DNA from: an uncultured Candidatus Saccharibacteria bacterium
GTDB lineage: Bacteria; Patescibacteriota; Dojkabacteria; J137
Direction of reading: 5' to 3'
Length of the DNA: 64,000 nucleotides
Assembly (NCBI GenBank): GCA_964607415.1
Contig: CAZSKK010000002.1
Span: 158,380 to 222,379, forward strand
Part shown: one piece after another, positions 46,540 through 54,855 of the stretch
Numbering within the stretch: the first letter of the stretch is position 1
How the letters are laid out: each line of letters begins with the position of its first letter
Position numbers and translations under genes: made by a program
Notes under the pieces: model-generated
Seen by the model: the letters and a program-made list of their open reading frames with translations, nothing else
What the model was told of the DNA's origin: nothing
The model's database searches: none

Positions 46540-46571
46540 AATTCTTGAATCATGAATCTTGAATCTGTAAT
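46540..46571 (+). promoter_or_regulatory. TGAATC heptad motif (family copy 4)
   Basis: aattcttgaatcatgaatcttgaatctgtaat contains three direct TGAATC heptads. It shares 19 identical bp with the copy at 1789 and lies 36 bp upstream of the ATG. Confidence 0.4.
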
Positions 46572-46606
46572 ATATAAATATAACAAACATTAATAGTTGC
46601 AAATTT

Positions 46607-47320
46607 ATGTCAACCGAGAACATTGTACTTCTTCATGGATGGGGAGGAAGCAAAAAAAGTTTAAAATCATTGGGAAAAAAACTCGAAGATTTTAACTATA
46701 AAGTTCATATTTTAGAAATGCCAGGACATGGGGAGACGCCAGAAATGAATACTCCATGGACCATGAATGATTTTAGCAGTTGGTTAAGCAAGCACCTAAC
46801 GGAAAATAGCCTGCAAAACCCTATACTAATAGGACATTCATTTGGCGGAAGAATAATAATCGATACACTAATCAAGAAAAAAGCTGACCCTTCAAAGGTA
46901 GTTTTGATTGATGCTAGCGGAATCAAACCCAAAAATTCAGTTAAGCGATTTTTTTGGAAAAGAATCTCCAATTTATCAAAAAAAGTTTTGAATGAAAATA
47001 AAGCTTACTCCCGCACGATCAGAAAAATCGCTTACAAGACCCTTATCCGTGAATCTGATTATGTAAAGTTAAATAGCAACATGCGAAAAACATTTGAAAA
47101 CATTAATAATGAATTCTACAATGATCTTGTATGGAAAATTAAAACAAAAACTCTAATAATCTGGGGAAACAAAGATAAAACTACCCCTTTATGGATGGGA
47201 ATTTTTTTGAACAAAAAAATCAAAAATTCCAGATTAGAGGTTTTAAATGGCTCTCACTCGCTACCTTTGAAGCACCCGGAAGAGGTAGCCAAATTAATTA
47301 ACGACTTCTTAAAACAATGA
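46607..47320 (+). CDS. Alpha/beta-fold hydrolase
   Basis: LLHGWGGS oxyanion region and GHSFGG nucleophile elbow. Confidence 0.65.
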   Translation: MSTENIVLLHGWGGSKKSLKSLGKKLEDFNYKVHILEMPGHGETPEMNTPWTMNDFSSWLSKHLTENSLQNPILIGHSFGGRIIIDTLIKKKADPSKVVLIDASGIKPKNSVKRFFWKRISNLSKKVLNENKAYSRTIRKIAYKTLIRESDYVKLNSNMRKTFENINNEFYNDLVWKIKTKTLIIWGNKDKTTPLWMGIFLNKKIKNSRLEVLNGSHSLPLKHPEEVAKLINDFLKQ

Positions 47321-49062
47321 AGGATTTTTTAAGTTTAGCAGTATTATTTTGGATTCCACCACTAATTTCCATTTTGAAGTATGTCCTATGGGATCTATAC
47401 TTCTGGCAAGTTAAAGAATTTCGATTCGATAGATTCTGGGTACATATAAGATGGGATCAAGAACCAGCAAATAGAAACTTAAATAAAATTATAATAAAGT
47501 TTATTCTTTTTTCTTTGATAAGTATTGTACTTGCAAGTCCTTTAGGTGCCAGTGCAGGAATAGCAATTGCATACGCTATTTGGTTTAACGATGGGATAAA
47601 GTTTATAGAAGAAATTATAAATAACAAGCTCAAAAGGCCTTCAATATCTTTTAGGAACTTACTAATCCTTTTTTTAATAATTATTTGTTTAATCACTTTA
47701 ATCTGTTTAGTTACTATTCCTTTTGCAATCTTAGACAGAAAAACAGATTCCGGAATATTTTTAGATTATTTTTCCAACTCAAGTGTTGAAAATATAAACA
47801 ACGCTTTATATCCCGATGTTTTGATTTATCTTGCCCTATCTTCTCTAACAGCATTACTAATAGAGATGAGCTCACCTTTTATTGTAAGTTTTTTTGTATT
47901 GCTAACCTACCCTATCGCAAAGATTAGAAGACAATTAATTATAAGAAAAGCACGTAAAAAAATTTCGGCCCTGAAAAAAAAGCCATATATTATTGCAATA
48001 ACAGGTAGCCAAGGGAAAACAACAACTAAAGAAATCCTTTTTGAAATTCTAAAAGATAAATTTAATGTTGGCAAAACCTTAGAAAATCAAAATACAGATG
48101 TTGGACTAGCTTTGAGCATTTTAAGTCAGTTAAAAAGCAATACCAACATTTTCATCGCTGAAATGGGAGCTATCAGATCTTCAGAGATAAAAAATATGTG
48201 TAGAATTTTGAAACCAGATTCTTCTATAGTTACGGATATTGGCACCCAGCATATTGCAATTTTTGGATCTCAAGAAAAACTATTTAAAGCTAAAGGTGAA
48301 ATTATCGAAAGTCTACAAGAAAACGGAAATGCAATTTTGAATGGCGATAACGAATTCTGCTTAAAAATGATCCGAAAAGACTGCAATAATTACGTTTATT
48401 ACACCAATGAGAATATTAGTGCAAAGCTCAATGAAAGCTATATTATTCCAGTAAAAATTCATGCAGTTAAGGAATTAACAAATAAAATAACGTTTAAACT
48501 GAATTACAATAAAAAGGACTATGACTTTGAATTTAACGCGACAGGGCTTCATTTAGTTAATAACATTACAGCGAGTATCATTGCTAGTTTATGCGCAGGA
48601 TTAACTATTGATGAAGTTCAAAGTAGTTTAAAAAAGGTAGAAATTAAACTTCCAAGACTTTCCTTAAGTAAAGGCGACAATGAGACAATTGTTATTGAAG
48701 ATACCTATAGCTCAAATGAAAAAGGATTTGAAGCTGCAGTTAAATTTATGAATTCTCAAAAAATCTCTGGCAAAAGGATTGTTGTAACTAGAGGTATAAT
48801 TGAATTAGGAAGACATAAAGAACATATATACAAAAATTTAGTTTCTGCAATTAGAAACGATATTGATATTTTAATAACCTCAGATGCTACTTTACATAAG
48901 CTAATGCTAAAAGATAATACAAAAGTTCAGTCTTTACTAGTGCACTCTAACGATGATTTTAAATATACTATAAGGACTGTTGTTGAGCCAAAAGACCTAA
49001 TTCTTTTGGAGGGAAGACTTCACCCTTCTATAATTTCAGAAATAATAAGCGAAGATAATTAA
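47317..49062 (+). CDS. Mur ligase family protein (MurF-like) with N-terminal polytopic membrane domain
   Basis: Residues 1-200 have about 5 TM helices. The central Mur-ligase domain has IIAITGSQGKTTTKEIL, and a C-terminal Mur ligase domain is present. Confidence 0.6.
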   Translation: MKDFLSLAVLFWIPPLISILKYVLWDLYFWQVKEFRFDRFWVHIRWDQEPANRNLNKIIIKFILFSLISIVLASPLGASAGIAIAYAIWFNDGIKFIEEIINNKLKRPSISFRNLLILFLIIICLITLICLVTIPFAILDRKTDSGIFLDYFSNSSVENINNALYPDVLIYLALSSLTALLIEMSSPFIVSFFVLLTYPIAKIRRQLIIRKARKKISALKKKPYIIAITGSQGKTTTKEILFEILKDKFNVGKTLENQNTDVGLALSILSQLKSNTNIFIAEMGAIRSSEIKNMCRILKPDSSIVTDIGTQHIAIFGSQEKLFKAKGEIIESLQENGNAILNGDNEFCLKMIRKDCNNYVYYTNENISAKLNESYIIPVKIHAVKELTNKITFKLNYNKKDYDFEFNATGLHLVNNITASIIASLCAGLTIDEVQSSLKKVEIKLPRLSLSKGDNETIVIEDTYSSNEKGFEAAVKFMNSQKISGKRIVVTRGIIELGRHKEHIYKNLVSAIRNDIDILITSDATLHKLMLKDNTKVQSLLVHSNDDFKYTIRTVVEPKDLILLEGRLHPSIISEIISEDN

Positions 49063-49063
49063 T

Positions 49064-50101
49064 ATGGCATACGAATTTAGAGAAAACCTCGATTCAAAAA
49101 TTCTGGATAGTTTTATGGAGGAATGGTCAAAAAAAACCAATCCTCCTGGCGTTACTTTTATACAATCAAGCAATTGGGCAGCTTTTCAGAAGGCTTTAAA
49201 TCGAGAAGTGTTGCAAGTAGGAATCTATCATAACAATGAGCTTGTTGGTGCTTTTGTTGGAATTGTTAATCTAGCAAAAAGAGGTAAATATCTCTATGTC
49301 CGAAATGGTCCTGTTTTGGATTGGTCAAATAAAGAACTTGTTGACAAGACCATAACCTTTTTGAAAACCTGGGCACAGAAAAAGCATTTGTGGTTTATCC
49401 GAATAAGCCCTCTGATCAAATTTGTAGACGCTAAAAACTTAAATAGCTACCGCTTTCCTGACTTTCAAATGAACGATGTAGATGCCTTAGACACTTGGAT
49501 TAGCCCTATTGCAGGCAAATCTGAAAACGAGCTGCTTGCTAGTTTCGATAAAAAAACAAGGTACTCTGTAAATAAAACTTATAAAGACGGCATTACCTCA
49601 ACTATTTCGAAGAATCCTAAGGACCTTGAATTATTCTATCCTATTTATCTTGATACAATAAATCGCCATAAATGGGTAGGATACCCTCTTTCTTTTATAC
49701 AAAAAGAATTTGAAGCCTTTAGTGAAGACAACCGAGCAAGTTTAGTTATTTGTAAGCTTAAGGATGAGCTAATTGCCGCGGGAATTTTTATACATTATGC
49801 AGATCAAACTTATTATCACTTTGGTGCTACTTCATCAGAGTACTCAAAGTTTTCTCCCGCATATCAAATGATCTGGGAAGCCATGAAAGAAACAATAAGA
49901 AGAGATATTAAATTCTTCAATTTTTGGGGAATAGCTCCTACTAACAAGCCTAAGCATCCGTGGCAAGGACTGTCTTCATTTAAGAAAAAATTTCCTGGAA
50001 TGGAAGTAAACTGGAATGGTGCTAAAGATATTCCTGTTTCAAAAAAATATTGGCTTACTCACTTCTACGACAAGTTTAATAAGATCAGAAAAGGATATTG
50101 A
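49064..50101 (+). CDS. FemAB-family peptidoglycan branch peptidyltransferase
   Basis: 345 aa. FemAB-like N-terminal GNAT-fold region (WAAFQKALNREVLQVGIYHNNELVGAFVG) and a C-terminal HYADQTYYHFGATS block. Confidence 0.65.
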   Translation: MAYEFRENLDSKILDSFMEEWSKKTNPPGVTFIQSSNWAAFQKALNREVLQVGIYHNNELVGAFVGIVNLAKRGKYLYVRNGPVLDWSNKELVDKTITFLKTWAQKKHLWFIRISPLIKFVDAKNLNSYRFPDFQMNDVDALDTWISPIAGKSENELLASFDKKTRYSVNKTYKDGITSTISKNPKDLELFYPIYLDTINRHKWVGYPLSFIQKEFEAFSEDNRASLVICKLKDELIAAGIFIHYADQTYYHFGATSSEYSKFSPAYQMIWEAMKETIRRDIKFFNFWGIAPTNKPKHPWQGLSSFKKKFPGMEVNWNGAKDIPVSKKYWLTHFYDKFNKIRKGY

Positions 50102-50148
50102 CATTGTATACAATTTAGCTAAAATATACATAATTACAAATTATTTTT

Positions 50149-50538
50149 ATGTATAAAACTAAAGAAGGCAAAGTTTGCGCATCTCTAACAGAGGTAAAAA
50201 ACAGAACTGGTGATATTTTTGACATGGTAGATGAATTTGGCGAAGTAATTTTAACTTCTTACAATAAGGAAAGGTATAAAATTACCAAAATTGATCTTTC
50301 CTCTACACTTGAAATTAAGAGCGAGAGTAAGACTAAGGATGAAAACAGGATCCAAGCCGAAAACACTCCTAAGTACGAACCTACAACTTTTGTAGACAAT
50401 AGCAAAGAAGAAATAAGCTCAGAAGATACCAACGAAATCAATGACGAAAACCTGATCTCTAATGATTTTAAGCTTTGGGATAGAGAAAACAAGCTTGAAA
50501 AAGAGTTTGCTGAAAACGCAAAAAAAGCTCTGCAGTAA
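50149..50538 (+). CDS. Phd/YefM-like antitoxin with long acidic C-terminal tail
   Basis: N-terminal SLTEVKNRTGDIFDMVDEFGEVILTSYNKERYKI is the Phd/YefM fold pattern. Positioned 34 bp upstream of the PIN gene. Confidence 0.4.
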   Translation: MYKTKEGKVCASLTEVKNRTGDIFDMVDEFGEVILTSYNKERYKITKIDLSSTLEIKSESKTKDENRIQAENTPKYEPTTFVDNSKEEISSEDTNEINDENLISNDFKLWDRENKLEKEFAENAKKALQ

Positions 50539-50572
50539 ATCAAACTAATATTATTTTATATTAACTCAAAAA

Positions 50573-50947
50573 ATGAAAGACACAATAATGGTTGACACAG
50601 ACATAATTGTTGAATACTTAAAAACAGGTAAGGGACTATTACCAACAGCGTACGAAAAATATAAAATGGTAATTAGCTCTGTGAACTATATTGAATTACT
50701 TGCCAGCAAGACTTTTACCGATAGCGACCTTGAAAAAGAAGTTTTAGAATTTGTTGAAAAGTATTTTGAAGTTTTGGATGTTAATCAAGAAGTTTCTGAT
50801 TTAGCTGGAAAGCTTTTAAGAGAGAACGATTTAACTCTATCTACAGCCATAATTGCAGCTTCTGCAATAACAAATAAGGTATCACTACTTACAGAATCTA
50901 AGGATAAATATAAAGGGATTGAAAATCTTGAATTTGTGAGTTTGTAG
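50573..50947 (+). CDS. PIN-domain ribonuclease (VapC-like toxin)
   Basis: N-terminal MVDTDIIVEYL (acidic D4-type residue) and later TAIIAASA...SLLTESKD are PIN-fold conserved acidic positions. 124 aa. Confidence 0.55.
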   Translation: MKDTIMVDTDIIVEYLKTGKGLLPTAYEKYKMVISSVNYIELLASKTFTDSDLEKEVLEFVEKYFEVLDVNQEVSDLAGKLLRENDLTLSTAIIAASAITNKVSLLTESKDKYKGIENLEFVSL

Positions 50948-50954
50948 AAAGAAT

Positions 50955-51028
50955 TTCGGAGAGACAGGACTCGAACCTGCAACCCCACGCTCCCAAAGCG
51001 TGTATTCTAGCCAATTGAACTACTCTCC
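50955..51028 (-). tRNA. tRNA-Pro (anticodon TGG)
   Basis: Reverse complement folds as CGGAGAG-TA-GTTC-AATTGGCTA-GAAT-A-CACGC-TTTGGGA-GCGTG-GGGTT-GCAGG-TTCGAGT-CCTGT-CTCTCCG-A. C1:G72 is typical of bacterial tRNA-Pro. Confidence 0.75.
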
Positions 51029-51553
51029 GCTTAGTTGTTCGAAAAGATTTTACCACATAAATACCTATTCTTGTATATATCTTTTAGGTTCAACACTTAC
51101 AAAGATTGCATAAATCATTTTTTTTGGCATTCTTGCAATCATAATTATTTGAATAGCTTGACTAAACTGTGAAACATTTCTCATTATTATATTTAGACTA
51201 AGAAATCCTATAAATAATACGTGATTTTGTTGTTTCCTTTAAACTTATTCCAGAGGCATGACTTGGACTGCCAGCTACCATGCGCTTTGGAGCTAACCCC
51301 TTCTTATCATTTGTCCGAATCGCTGCCAGTAAGTAATCGGACGCAGTTAGTTCTAATGTAACCAACAATATACCTTCTTTTAATCTCAAGCTTTTTAAAC
51401 AAATTGCCACTTCCCCACTTTGAAAATTTAGGCGCCTAAAATCTCAATCCAAAGGCTATCAAGTATAACTAACATTTGCAAGAAAAGGTTTGAGATTAAA
51501 AGCGACAATTTATCATAAAGTATTAAAAATAAGCACAGGCCGAAAATTACTAC

Positions 51554-51583
51554 TTGCGCATTGTATGCATACATGTGTATAAT
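51554..51583 (+). promoter_or_regulatory. Sigma-70-like promoter (TTGCGC-18-TATAAT) with embedded 12-bp perfect palindrome TGTATGCATACA
   Basis: The -35 and -10 hexamers are 18 bp apart. The palindrome at 51562-51573 lies in the spacer, about 40 bp upstream of the NDT-like-RHH paralog 2 start. Confidence 0.4.
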
Positions 51584-51615
51584 ATACACAATTAAGTTAT
51601 TATACCCAACTACAA

Positions 51616-52200
51616 ATGAAAATACTTTACATTTGCTCTATTGACCAATTTAAAACAAACAGAGAAAGGTACAACCTTATTCGCAGAATATTGCTAGCCA
51701 CCGGGCACGAGCTTACCTTTGATTGGCTTACAAAAATAGAAAATAACCTTGGGCAGTACTCTAAACTAAACCTTTCCAGACTTTTCGACAGCACTATAGC
51801 AGCCATAAAAGAATCTGATGCAGTTGTCATAGAAGGCACTATACCAAGCTTTGAGGCAGGATTCATTGCTAATTTCGCAGCTAAAAATCGTAAGTCAGTG
51901 TTGATTTTAATAGAAGGAAATGAAGGGGTTGATTTTTCAAGCTTAAATATAATTGAAACCGAACACATTTTTATAAAAAACTATAACAAGGAAAATATTG
52001 AAAACCTACTTTCAGAATTTTTAAAAGATAACGCTGGAGAACCTTCTTATAGATTTAATATAATCCTTGGCAGAAGGCAGAAGAACTACTTAAACTGGGC
52101 TGATAGATTTTACAGAAAAAGCAAATCGGAACTGATCAGGGAGATAATTGATGATAAGGCAAATAATGACGTGAACTATCTACGTATTGGAGGTAAATGA
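51616..52200 (+). CDS. NDT-like (SLOG-type) domain fused to C-terminal ribbon-helix-helix (paralog 2 of 3)
   Basis: KILYICSID...DAVVIEGTIPSFEAGFIANFAAKNRKSVLIL is the NDT-like core. C-terminal RFNIILGRRQKNYLNWADRFYRKSKSELIREIIDD is the RHH. Confidence 0.5.
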   Translation: MKILYICSIDQFKTNRERYNLIRRILLATGHELTFDWLTKIENNLGQYSKLNLSRLFDSTIAAIKESDAVVIEGTIPSFEAGFIANFAAKNRKSVLILIEGNEGVDFSSLNIIETEHIFIKNYNKENIENLLSEFLKDNAGEPSYRFNIILGRRQKNYLNWADRFYRKSKSELIREIIDDKANNDVNYLRIGGK

Positions 52201-52425
52201 TACGATTTGAAAGGGAATTTTCGTAACAATATATAAGCTTAGTTGATTATTTGTGCAGTTTACAAGGTCATTCTTTTGTCATCCTGAGGGAAATCGAAGG
52301 ATAGACAAAATACTTAGCAGATGTATGGTTCGAGTTCCCTCACCATGACATCTGATGATAAATCCCGAGCTCCCATAAAATTCTCAGCAACTAGCTATTA
52401 GCTCTTCACCAGCATGCTTTTTTGC

Positions 52426-53100
52426 TCACTTCCTGTTCTCAGCTTTCCACTTTTTAACTTCTGCATGATCACCCGAAAGAAGAATTTCAGGTATTCCCCA
52501 CTCTTCTCCTTCATCCGTTTTGAATACTGCAGGTCTTGTGTATTGGGGATATTCAAAAAGTGTATGATCTTCATTAAAACTAGTTTCTTCTATTAATGAT
52601 TCTTCGTTTCCAAGAACACCTGGAATTAATCTTGTGATTGAATCTACAAGTATCATGGAAGCTAGTTCGCCTCCTGACAAAATATATTCCCCTACGCTAA
52701 CTTCACTATCAATCAAGTGCTCTACAACTCTATGATCTATCCCTTCGTATCTACCACATATGATTACTATACGTTCTAAATCCTGTGATGAATTTTGAGC
52801 AATAGTTTGATTCCACTTAATACCTTTAGCACTAGTTAAATACACTTTTGTTTTGGGATCTCTGCTTGGATAAACTCCTAATTCTTTTAGAGCTTTATAA
52901 ATAGGCTCAATCTTAATCAACATCCCAGCTCCACCACTGAAAGGCTTATCATCAACTGTACGTCTTTTGTCTGTTGTCCACCTTCTTAAATCATGAATAT
53001 GGATGTCAATCTTTTTTGCATCAGCGGCTCTTTTAATAATACTATGGTTTAAGTATTCAAAAGAATCTGGAAGTACTGTTATAATATCAAACTTAATCAT
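52426..53100 (-). CDS. trmD: tRNA (guanine37-N1)-methyltransferase
   Basis: MIKFDIITVLPDSFEYLNHSIIKRA plus the SPOUT knot region. Confidence 0.85.
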   Translation of the reverse strand: MIKFDIITVLPDSFEYLNHSIIKRAADAKKIDIHIHDLRRWTTDKRRTVDDKPFSGGAGMLIKIEPIYKALKELGVYPSRDPKTKVYLTSAKGIKWNQTIAQNSSQDLERIVIICGRYEGIDHRVVEHLIDSEVSVGEYILSGGELASMILVDSITRLIPGVLGNEESLIEETSFNEDHTLFEYPQYTRPAVFKTDEGEEWGIPEILLSGDHAEVKKWKAENRK

Positions 53101-53117
53101 AGGCTAATTATATAACA

Positions 53118-53534
53118 ATGCAGTTATTTCCAGAACAACAAAATTCAACTACATGGGAAGGTGATAACTTCGATCACTTTACAGAAGTTATGACAGGAAA
53201 CAATACCATTGTCAGAGAAAATATTGGCATACAAAGAAACGTAGAAGAAGTCCCCATTGATTCTTCATTTATACCTTCACATATTAAGCGCTACTTAGGG
53301 TTTAATGAAATCTACCTGACTTATATTGGTAACTCAAATTTGTGCGCTAGAGTCACATTTGACAGATCTGAAAGGATAGAAAAATTTAACGTTAAAGTTG
53401 GCCAAATACTCCAGATGGAAATACCGATAATTGACGAGGTTGAAATAAATGTTAGCAAAATAATGCTATTTAGAATTCACGAGGTCTTTGATAATTTTAT
53501 AATAATCGGTCCTTTGAATGGCATGGGTTTTTAA
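53118..53534 (+). CDS. Hypothetical protein (138 aa)
   Basis: ORF only. Confidence 0.35.
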   Translation: MQLFPEQQNSTTWEGDNFDHFTEVMTGNNTIVRENIGIQRNVEEVPIDSSFIPSHIKRYLGFNEIYLTYIGNSNLCARVTFDRSERIEKFNVKVGQILQMEIPIIDEVEINVSKIMLFRIHEVFDNFIIIGPLNGMGF

Positions 53535-54229
53535 TTTAAGAGTTTGTTTTTCCATCCATTCTCAACCAAGAATTTATTGCCTGGACATGAAGTACTTTCT
53601 TTGATTTCCCCATGACCTAAAACCTGTGTGGGATTATACTTAGAAATTAGCTTTTTTGCAGACACCATAGCATGTGCGGAGGGCTCTGAATTTTCGAGAT
53701 CAGCTAGAAAACAAATTGCAATACTTTTTTTATTGTATTGCCAATTCCCGCAATGCCAGCCTATATATTCATCTTTTAAAAGCTGTTCATATCTACCATC
53801 GGGCCAAATTAAATAATGGTAGCCAAAAAATACCAACCTGTTTTTCCAAAAATGATTAGACCATAAAGCTTGACCATAATACTCTCTTTTTTCATTCCTA
53901 AACTCTGGTACATAAAGCCTTAGTAAATGTAGCGCATTTAAATAGCTAATTGGATTAGCTGCTGCTGCAGTTGAATCACCGGTATGATGAATTACAATGG
54001 TATCGATAACTTCTCTTTCTTCGTCAAAATTAGGCCCTTCTTGCGATAGTGACACATTGTCATCCTCCAATAGATCCCCAATCTTACTAATAAATTGCCT
54101 TCTTTTATTTTTGATTTCTTCAGAATCATGATCTGGATTCACAAATAGTTCCTGCTTAATCGCATTGAATTCATCACTTAAATACCATATAGGATCGGCT
54201 TTGATTTTTGTGAAAAAAGATTCAAACAT
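53531..54229 (-). CDS. N-acetylmuramoyl-L-alanine amidase (Amidase_2/PGRP-like)
   Basis: VIHHTG...YHYLIWPDG...WHCGNW...SIAICFLAD...VLGHGEI...TSCPG are the conserved zinc-ligand and catalytic blocks. Confidence 0.7.
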   Translation of the reverse strand: MFESFFTKIKADPIWYLSDEFNAIKQELFVNPDHDSEEIKNKRRQFISKIGDLLEDDNVSLSQEGPNFDEEREVIDTIVIHHTGDSTAAAANPISYLNALHLLRLYVPEFRNEKREYYGQALWSNHFWKNRLVFFGYHYLIWPDGRYEQLLKDEYIGWHCGNWQYNKKSIAICFLADLENSEPSAHAMVSAKKLISKYNPTQVLGHGEIKESTSCPGNKFLVENGWKNKLLN

Positions 54230-54331
54230 GGATTAAGAATCAAGAATTAAGTTAATGTCCGTTAAAGATTTTTTTCTAAAACAATTTCATGTATAGAAAA
54301 ACCTTTTGATTTATAAAACTCAATCGCTTTT

Positions 54332-54721
54332 TCATTTTGATATAGCACCAACTCTTAATATTTTGGCACCTATATCTTTTGCCCATTTTTCAAATTCTTT
54401 AACTAGCTGCGATCCTAATTGTATACCTCTAAAACCTTCTTCAACGTACATATTATCAAGCTCCGCAACAAGTTTTCCCTCTCTTGCAGAGTTGCTATAG
54501 CTAACCCCAGCAAGATAACCAACTATTTCACTTTCTTCTTCTGCAACAAAACAGATCCCATTATTTTTATTGATTACTCTTTTAAAGTAGTTCGTTCCTA
54601 TTTCTGAAAAGCTCCATTCTAATGAGTAAGAATCGCCAAACAGCTTTTCAAACTCAAAGAGTTTTAAGTTTAGTCTTTGAATTGATTCCAAATCTTTTAC
54701 TGTGGCTTGTCTTATGCCCAT
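54332..54721 (-). CDS. GNAT-family N-acetyltransferase
   Basis: Acetyl-CoA-binding motif A: EGFRGIQLGSQLV. Confidence 0.6.
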   Translation of the reverse strand: MGIRQATVKDLESIQRLNLKLFEFEKLFGDSYSLEWSFSEIGTNYFKRVINKNNGICFVAEEESEIVGYLAGVSYSNSAREGKLVAELDNMYVEEGFRGIQLGSQLVKEFEKWAKDIGAKILRVGAISK

Positions 54722-54786
54722 ACTTTAAGATGCTGCTTTTACGGATATTTCTTTTGAAAATTATTTAGATTGTTAACTGTAAATTA

Positions 54787-54807
54787 GATCCTGAATCAAG
54801 TTCAGGA
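54787..54807 (-). terminator. Hairpin downstream of the uvrD/pcrA gene
   Basis: ATCCTGAA-tcaag-TTCAGGAT is a perfect 8-bp stem. The U-tract is weak. Confidence 0.3.
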
Positions 54808-54855
54808 TGACGCCTAACCGACACATACCTCTTTGTGCGTCGTGTGTCGAACTTC

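Noticed and set aside
51198-51410. 70-aa - strand ORF in the tRNA-Pro upstream gap
   Set aside because: The Ala/Leu/Ser/Gly-rich composition is characteristic of translating a GC-rich structured RNA. I treat it as a candidate ncRNA region instead (see findings).
52278-52356. Two adjacent long hairpins, the second containing a tRNA T-arm-like GGTTCGAGTTCC loop (CAGATGTATGG-ttcgagttccctca-CCATGACATCTG)
   Set aside because: I considered a tRNA fragment or tmRNA-like element, but no acceptor or anticodon arms can be built. The hairpins sit between convergent gene ends (NDT-like-RHH paralog 2 and trmD) and are best explained as bidirectional terminators.
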